Assembly (NCBI GenBank): GCA_002454415.1
Contig: DKIT01000045.1
Span: 42,122-93,353 of the forward strand
DNA from: Sphingobacterium sp. UBA6711
GTDB lineage: Bacteria > Bacteroidota > Bacteroidia > Sphingobacteriales > Sphingobacteriaceae
DNA length: 51,232 nt
Direction: 5' to 3'
Shown: positions 47,901 to 51,232 of the stretch, piece after piece
Position numbering within the stretch: the stretch's first letter is position 1
Layout of the letters: the number at the start of each line of letters is the position of its first letter
Made by a program: the position numbers and the translations under genes
Notes under the pieces: generated by a model
Databases searched by the model: none
What the model was told of the DNA's origin: nothing
What the model saw: only the letters and a program-made list of their open reading frames with translations

Positions 47901-48089
47901 TCCCGTACCGGCATCCTTAATGACTCCGGATATGGATTGCTGGAAATTCAAAAGATTTTTGTGCTCCTTTTTTACCAGAGATAGGTTAACAGCCGCATGC
48001 AGCTGTGTATAATTGGCTGCGAGGGCCACGAGCGGAATAATCCACTTTTTGGAGGCTGTCACCAATTTGATTTTGTCAGAATACCACAT
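44928..48089 (-). CDS. SusC/RagA TonB-dependent transporter
   Basis: EVVVTALGI.REKKSLGY, PLYVVDG, VLKGAAASALYG and terminal GFNLNLKF. Confidence 0.96.
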   Translation of the reverse strand: MWYSDKIKLVTASKKWIIPLVALAANYTQLHAAVNLSLVKKEHKNLLNFQQSISGVIKDAGTGNPISGVTVSVKGTTLVTQTDANGRYTLAAKPGQVLLVRFIGYENQEITVGESKSLDVQLAASSTAIDEVVVTALGIMREKKSLGYSTTSVKGDQFTAARDPNLGNALSGKVAGVSVAGNATGLGGSSRVVIRGNASMTGNNMPLYVVDGIPLDNQNQGSAGQYGGMDMPDGLNSINADDIENIQVLKGAAASALYGYRGGNGVIMITTKSGKGAQGLGIDFNNNMTVNSIYDYRDFQDTYGQGVQGSKPTTAAAANDTYNQSWGAKMDGSQAVNKFGNSYAYSPVDNWKNFYRTGLSNQTSLAVSGSDEKSSFRLGLNNGYEGSILPNAKSNQRGANLNTTYKITPKLQLGINANYMFEFVDNRANLSDGNGNTNASLLYLANGYDVRWLEPAVDEFGKELQPGNNVYFNNPYFLQYRKFNKSTKKRLTGGFNLRYDITDWLYVQGAATRDGFNLAFKQVQPKGASADPNGYINEYNKEFEETNFNYLIGFKKKVSDFSISATVGGNSQKTRNQTWGTDGGIRPFIVDGVYNTGNVAAGTRTFKKLYDEYQVRSIYGTADFGYKDFLFLNLSARNDWYSTLNPESNGYLYPSVSLSYVFSDHLKLPEWINMGKLRLSRASASNGTKAYQTALAYRTLSYELQGQPIGTINNDVVPNANLKPVRISEWEAGANLEFWGNRMGIDLAVYQKTTKDDIVRVTTSTGSGYSVAIQNIGELRNKGVEALIYGDIIRADDFKWKGSVNFAFNDSKVLSLGNQKSLTFEGGVSRSGNASVQNIVGLPYGQIVGYKYKTDASGNRIFDDKGLPVRSDGVEVLGNGVYRFTGGFRNDFTYKNFSLGMLLDFKLGAKIFSGTNLNLYGSGLHKATLEGREGNIVGKGVNLSGSTNTTAVDAQTYWKYVVDQSFTEEFVYDAGFVKLREISFGYSLPKDFLSKTPFRGASISLVGRNLWTIHKNTPNIDPESAYNNSNAQGLELNGYPMTRNVGFNLNLKF

Positions 48090-48150
48090 AAGTTTAATAA
48101 TGATAGATTAACTTGATTTATAATTTTTCTTAGGTCGGTTGCATTTATCA

Positions 48151-48164
48151 TGCAACCGGTTGCA
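48151..48164. promoter_or_regulatory. LacI-type operator palindrome TGCAACCGGTTGCA
   Basis: Perfect 14-bp palindrome with central CG, 61 bp upstream of susC; a half-site CGGTTGCA also lies at 48136-48143. Confidence 0.7.
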
Positions 48165-48427
48165 ATGGATTATAGACAAAGAAATGTATTATTTTCGATA
48201 CATCAAAATATTAATTGTCATTTTTACATAGTTTAAAACCTTTTAGCCAAACTATTTATCCACGCATTGACTTGCTTACGCAATTGAATTGGTTAGTTTT
48301 TTAGTAGTGCTTTTTCCATAGGCAATCATTCAAAAAGGTAGATAATGTGTTATTTATATGTATAACACCGCAAATGCCCTTTTGTTTCTGCTCCGGTATG
48401 GACTAATTTTTTCATTGGCCTGCTCCA

Positions 48428-48460
48428 CAAAAAAGGGTCATTTCCAATCAGAAATGACCC
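48428..48460 (-). terminator. Terminator for the 48490-48882 gene
   Basis: AAAAAAGGGTCATTTC-caatca-GAAATGACCC. Confidence 0.8.
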
Positions 48461-48489
48461 ACTCAAAAATATATAATTATTGTTACTAC

Positions 48490-48882
48490 CTATCGTTCAC
48501 AGTTTGCAGTCCAGGCTTTACCGTCTTTCGTATAACCGATTGTTAATTTGTCGTCATCGATACGGATAATTCCAGATCCCGCAGAGCCTATACTGACCAA
48601 AACATTCCCCTTTTGTTCAAAGTCCACCCCATTTAAATTTGGAATACCATTGCCGAAACCAAAGTTATAAGTATCTCCCACTTTGGTCACTGTGACCGTT
48701 CCATTGGCAGAAGCGACATCATTATCATTGTTGTTCAGATCATCGTAAGCAATCGTTCCTTCATACTTGCCGATAAAGAGATCATTGTCTGCCGGATCGT
48801 CATCTTTGCTACATGCTGTAAATCCGATCGCTACGGTTAAGATTAGGGTTCCTAAGCCCAAGAATTTAATTAATTTTTTCAT
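48490..48882 (-). CDS. Small beta-rich lipoprotein of unknown function
   Basis: MKK...FTAC-SKDDD lipoprotein signal with acidic surface-export-like motif; FIGKYEG. Confidence 0.8.
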   Translation of the reverse strand: MKKLIKFLGLGTLILTVAIGFTACSKDDDPADNDLFIGKYEGTIAYDDLNNNDNDVASANGTVTVTKVGDTYNFGFGNGIPNLNGVDFEQKGNVLVSIGSAGSGIIRIDDDKLTIGYTKDGKAWTANCER

Positions 48883-48944
48883 ACGTCGATGTTGTTAATG
48901 TGTATACTGTTGTCCAAAAACATGTTTGGATCGCTGAAGGAAAT

Positions 48945-48959
48945 TCAAAGTCTGTGCCA
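48945..48959 (-). promoter_or_regulatory. Sigma-54-like -24/-12 promoter
   Basis: Minus strand reads TGGCAC-AGACT-TTGA, about 60 bp upstream of the ATG at 48882. Confidence 0.6.
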
Positions 48960-49140
48960 TGAGCGGCATCAAGAAATACGTAACCGTATCAACAACGGCA
49001 GAAGAGGTATAAATTTCCATCCGAACGTAGAAATACATAGCGCATGGTGGTAGTTGAAAAACTACAAAGGCACAAATTGTAGAAAATAAGATTTTAATTA
49101 TGAGGGTTTCGTTTTACTTTTGTTAAAGATATATAATAAT

Positions 49141-50907
49141 ATGAAAAAGAAATTTTACCTACCCTTATTCGTTTTGGCATTTGCAGCAATCGTGAGCTGT
49201 AAAAAAGAGAACAATGACATCGACAATCCAACAGATAAACCTGTTGTGATCGAGAATGATATTGCGCAGCTCAAAGCACGCCTTGACCATCAAAATGCGG
49301 GTTTATTGCCGCTTTCTAATCTATTGGCTTCAAGTAAACGCGGTGCCACCAGTAGCAGTACGGTAACAGCCACTCAAAACCCTGACTTTTCACTAGCCTT
49401 GGTTGCACAGGTAGCCCCGCCCGATTATGAAGGAAATAAATTGCGCGCTACGCATGTTGCCATTTCAGGCAATTACGCATACGTGAGTTACAATACCGAA
49501 GGCGATCGCTATCTTGGCGGTGTCGATGTGATCGATATTTCGGACATCAATAACCCGCGGCTTGTTGTCAATGCCAAATTACCGAACATTGATATCAGCT
49601 CCCTTGCTGTCGACGGCAATAACCTGTTGCTCGCAGGAGCCGCAGATGAAGGTATTTTAGCAAAAGTGACGTCTCCGGCTGTACTTATTGTTTTGCCTTT
49701 ACAAAATGGATTGCCTACCGACGCTTACCGTTATACCGGTTTACCAAGTTATGTGGCGACAGACGTTGCCTACAACAGCGCAAGTCATTATGCTGTATCA
49801 GGTAATGCAGGGACAATTTCAAAAATAAACAAGACTTCTGGAGCAATTGAGAAGTCCGTTAGTATCGGGGACTTGCTTTCGGTCAGAACTTACCAGAACC
49901 AAGTCTATGCGCTTTCAGGAACACAGGGCATTAAAGTCGTATCCAATGATCTTGATGCTGTAAAAACGATCAATGTATCCCAAAATCCGACTTCTTCAAA
50001 ACGGACGATCGACTTTTATTCAAACTATCTATTAGCCTCTGAAGGTGCACAGGGTTTGGGTATTTACAACCTGAATACCGGCGCATTGGACAAACGTATT
50101 AGTATCCCGGTCAGCGCAGATGATACCGACATCGATGCAAATGATATCGTTACCAACGCTGTTTCGACCAATGACAAACGCGTATTTGTGGCGAATGGTG
50201 GCGCTGGTATCGCGGCTTACCAATTTGATGCTCAAAATAATTTTACTTATATCGGTAGTTCAAGCTTTAATGCCATAGATGCCAGTTCAAGCAACTTTAT
50301 CATCAGCAGAGACAATTATGTATTTGTCGCAACAGGAAAAGGCGGCTTAAAGATCATGAAGCTTATTGAGCTTAAACCAGCACTTCCAACTTGTAATGGC
50401 ACTTATCCAGCCTACACCGGAAGTACACAGTGGGATCTCAATGTAAACAATGCGGCGAGCTATTCGGATACCAAAACCTTTGCTTCCAACGTCAATATTA
50501 ACCGGGATTTCAACTGGTGTGGAACGTTAAATGTTAATGGAGGTTATGTAAACTTAAATGGAGGCGTATTTAATTTATACGGTACCATGGCGTTGAAGCA
50601 GCATATCAATGTCAACACGACGATGAACCTGATCGGATCCGGTACTATTGGTGGCACATTTACCGTAAATGGCAACGGCATCTTCAATGTCATGGGCTCA
50701 CTTTCACAAGGAACCGTGGGATCAAAAGAGACGTCTTTCATCAATGGTAAGATGATCATCGACGGCGAAGTAGTCGTGTATGGCAATCTAACGATCAATG
50801 GAAGCGGAAAAGTGGAATTTGCCAACAACAAATCGAAACTCATTGTTTATGGTAGCCTGACCAACTGGGGAACAGTAAGCAACGGCAGCATCACGCAGAT
50901 CAAATAA
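49141..50907 (+). CDS. Surface lipoprotein with LVIVD-like beta-propeller and C-terminal Asn/Gly-rich beta-solenoid
   Basis: IVSC lipobox; V.ISGNYAYV...VIDISD..NP and YVFVA.G.GGL repeats; C-terminal G.L.VNG-type repeats. ATG at 49141. Confidence 0.8.
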   Translation: MKKKFYLPLFVLAFAAIVSCKKENNDIDNPTDKPVVIENDIAQLKARLDHQNAGLLPLSNLLASSKRGATSSSTVTATQNPDFSLALVAQVAPPDYEGNKLRATHVAISGNYAYVSYNTEGDRYLGGVDVIDISDINNPRLVVNAKLPNIDISSLAVDGNNLLLAGAADEGILAKVTSPAVLIVLPLQNGLPTDAYRYTGLPSYVATDVAYNSASHYAVSGNAGTISKINKTSGAIEKSVSIGDLLSVRTYQNQVYALSGTQGIKVVSNDLDAVKTINVSQNPTSSKRTIDFYSNYLLASEGAQGLGIYNLNTGALDKRISIPVSADDTDIDANDIVTNAVSTNDKRVFVANGGAGIAAYQFDAQNNFTYIGSSSFNAIDASSSNFIISRDNYVFVATGKGGLKIMKLIELKPALPTCNGTYPAYTGSTQWDLNVNNAASYSDTKTFASNVNINRDFNWCGTLNVNGGYVNLNGGVFNLYGTMALKQHINVNTTMNLIGSGTIGGTFTVNGNGIFNVMGSLSQGTVGSKETSFINGKMIIDGEVVVYGNLTINGSGKVEFANNKSKLIVYGSLTNWGTVSNGSITQIK

Positions 50908-50925
50908 TATTACTCTATATCTACT

Positions 50926-50968
50926 AAAACTCCCCAATCACTTACAGGTGATATGGGGAGTTTTTTTT
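50926..50968. terminator. Bidirectional terminator
   Basis: AAAACTCCCCA-ATCAC-ttacag-GTGAT-a-TGGGGAGTTTTTTT between convergent genes. Confidence 0.85.
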
Positions 50969-51000
50969 AGATTCTTTGCCGAATTAATAACTTTCCCGAA

Positions 51001-51231
51001 TTAATAACCGGGATTTTGTTTCAGGTTTGGATTCATCGCTATCTGCTGTTGCGGTATTGGAAATACCGATTTGGTCTCAGCAGTAGGTTTATGGTCCCAC
51101 CAGGATGCTGTATGAAACTTTCCAAAACGAATAAGGTCGCGTCTTCTGAATCCTTCAAAAATAAATTCCCTTCCGCGCTCGGCCAACAATTCATCCAAGG
51201 TTAATGTTCCCGTAGTATATTGTTCAGTAGT
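51001..51231 (-). CDS. RagB/SusD lipoprotein, C-terminal part (truncated by window edge)
   Basis: ERGREFIFEGFRRRDLIRFG...FPIP...NPNLKQNPGY; frame is open to the window end. Confidence 0.92.
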   Translation of the reverse strand, partial: TTEQYTTGTLTLDELLAERGREFIFEGFRRRDLIRFGKFHTASWWDHKPTAETKSVFPIPQQQIAMNPNLKQNPGY

Positions 51232-51232
51232 C

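Noticed and set aside
48358..48546. 62-aa plus-strand ORF
   Set aside because: It crosses a terminator hairpin and overlaps the lipoprotein 3' end; no coding features.
49068..49083. Sigma-54 site upstream of the LVIVD lipoprotein (AGGCAC-N5-GTAG)
   Set aside because: The -12 element does not match and the -24 is imperfect.
1..51232. CRISPR arrays, tRNA/rRNA, IS elements, defence systems
   Set aside because: No regularly spaced repeats, RNA gene signatures, transposase motifs or defence-system domains were seen by eye.

Overview
Chromosomal Bacteroidota window, most like Sphingobacteriaceae judging by the SusC/SusD pairs, gldLM and TAnnTTTG promoters. I see no mobile element, rRNA, tRNA or CRISPR array. 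It holds parts of four SusC/SusD loci, an L,D-transpeptidase, a beta-propeller kinase/NarL two-component system, MscS, an isolated gldL-gldM pair and a GH92. The main candidate for an undescribed system is a tightly packed minus-strand operon (about 5.5-17.4 kb) built like a synthase-dependent exopolysaccharide pathway: processive GT2, TPR/YaiO-type beta-barrel exporter, HEAT-repeat membrane protein and DUF4838 lipoprotein. It has three unusual extra parts: a ParM/StbA-like actin-fold protein whose phosphate-1 motif sits at the C-terminus (apparent circular permutation), a UDP-sulfoquinovose synthase (SqdB/SQD1)-like domain fused to a class V PLP enzyme, and a receiver domain with Glu at the phospho-acceptor site. 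A 7-2-7 inverted repeat in its promoter suggests control by the neighbouring NarL regulator. Other highlights are an unannotated 31-aa leader ORF ending in MCMA with a terminator ahead of a sulfatase-containing PUL (candidate Cys/Met attenuator), and a GH92 with a Tyr-Gln signature of mannose-1-phosphodiester mannosidases. All calls come from motif recognition by eye; no searches were run.
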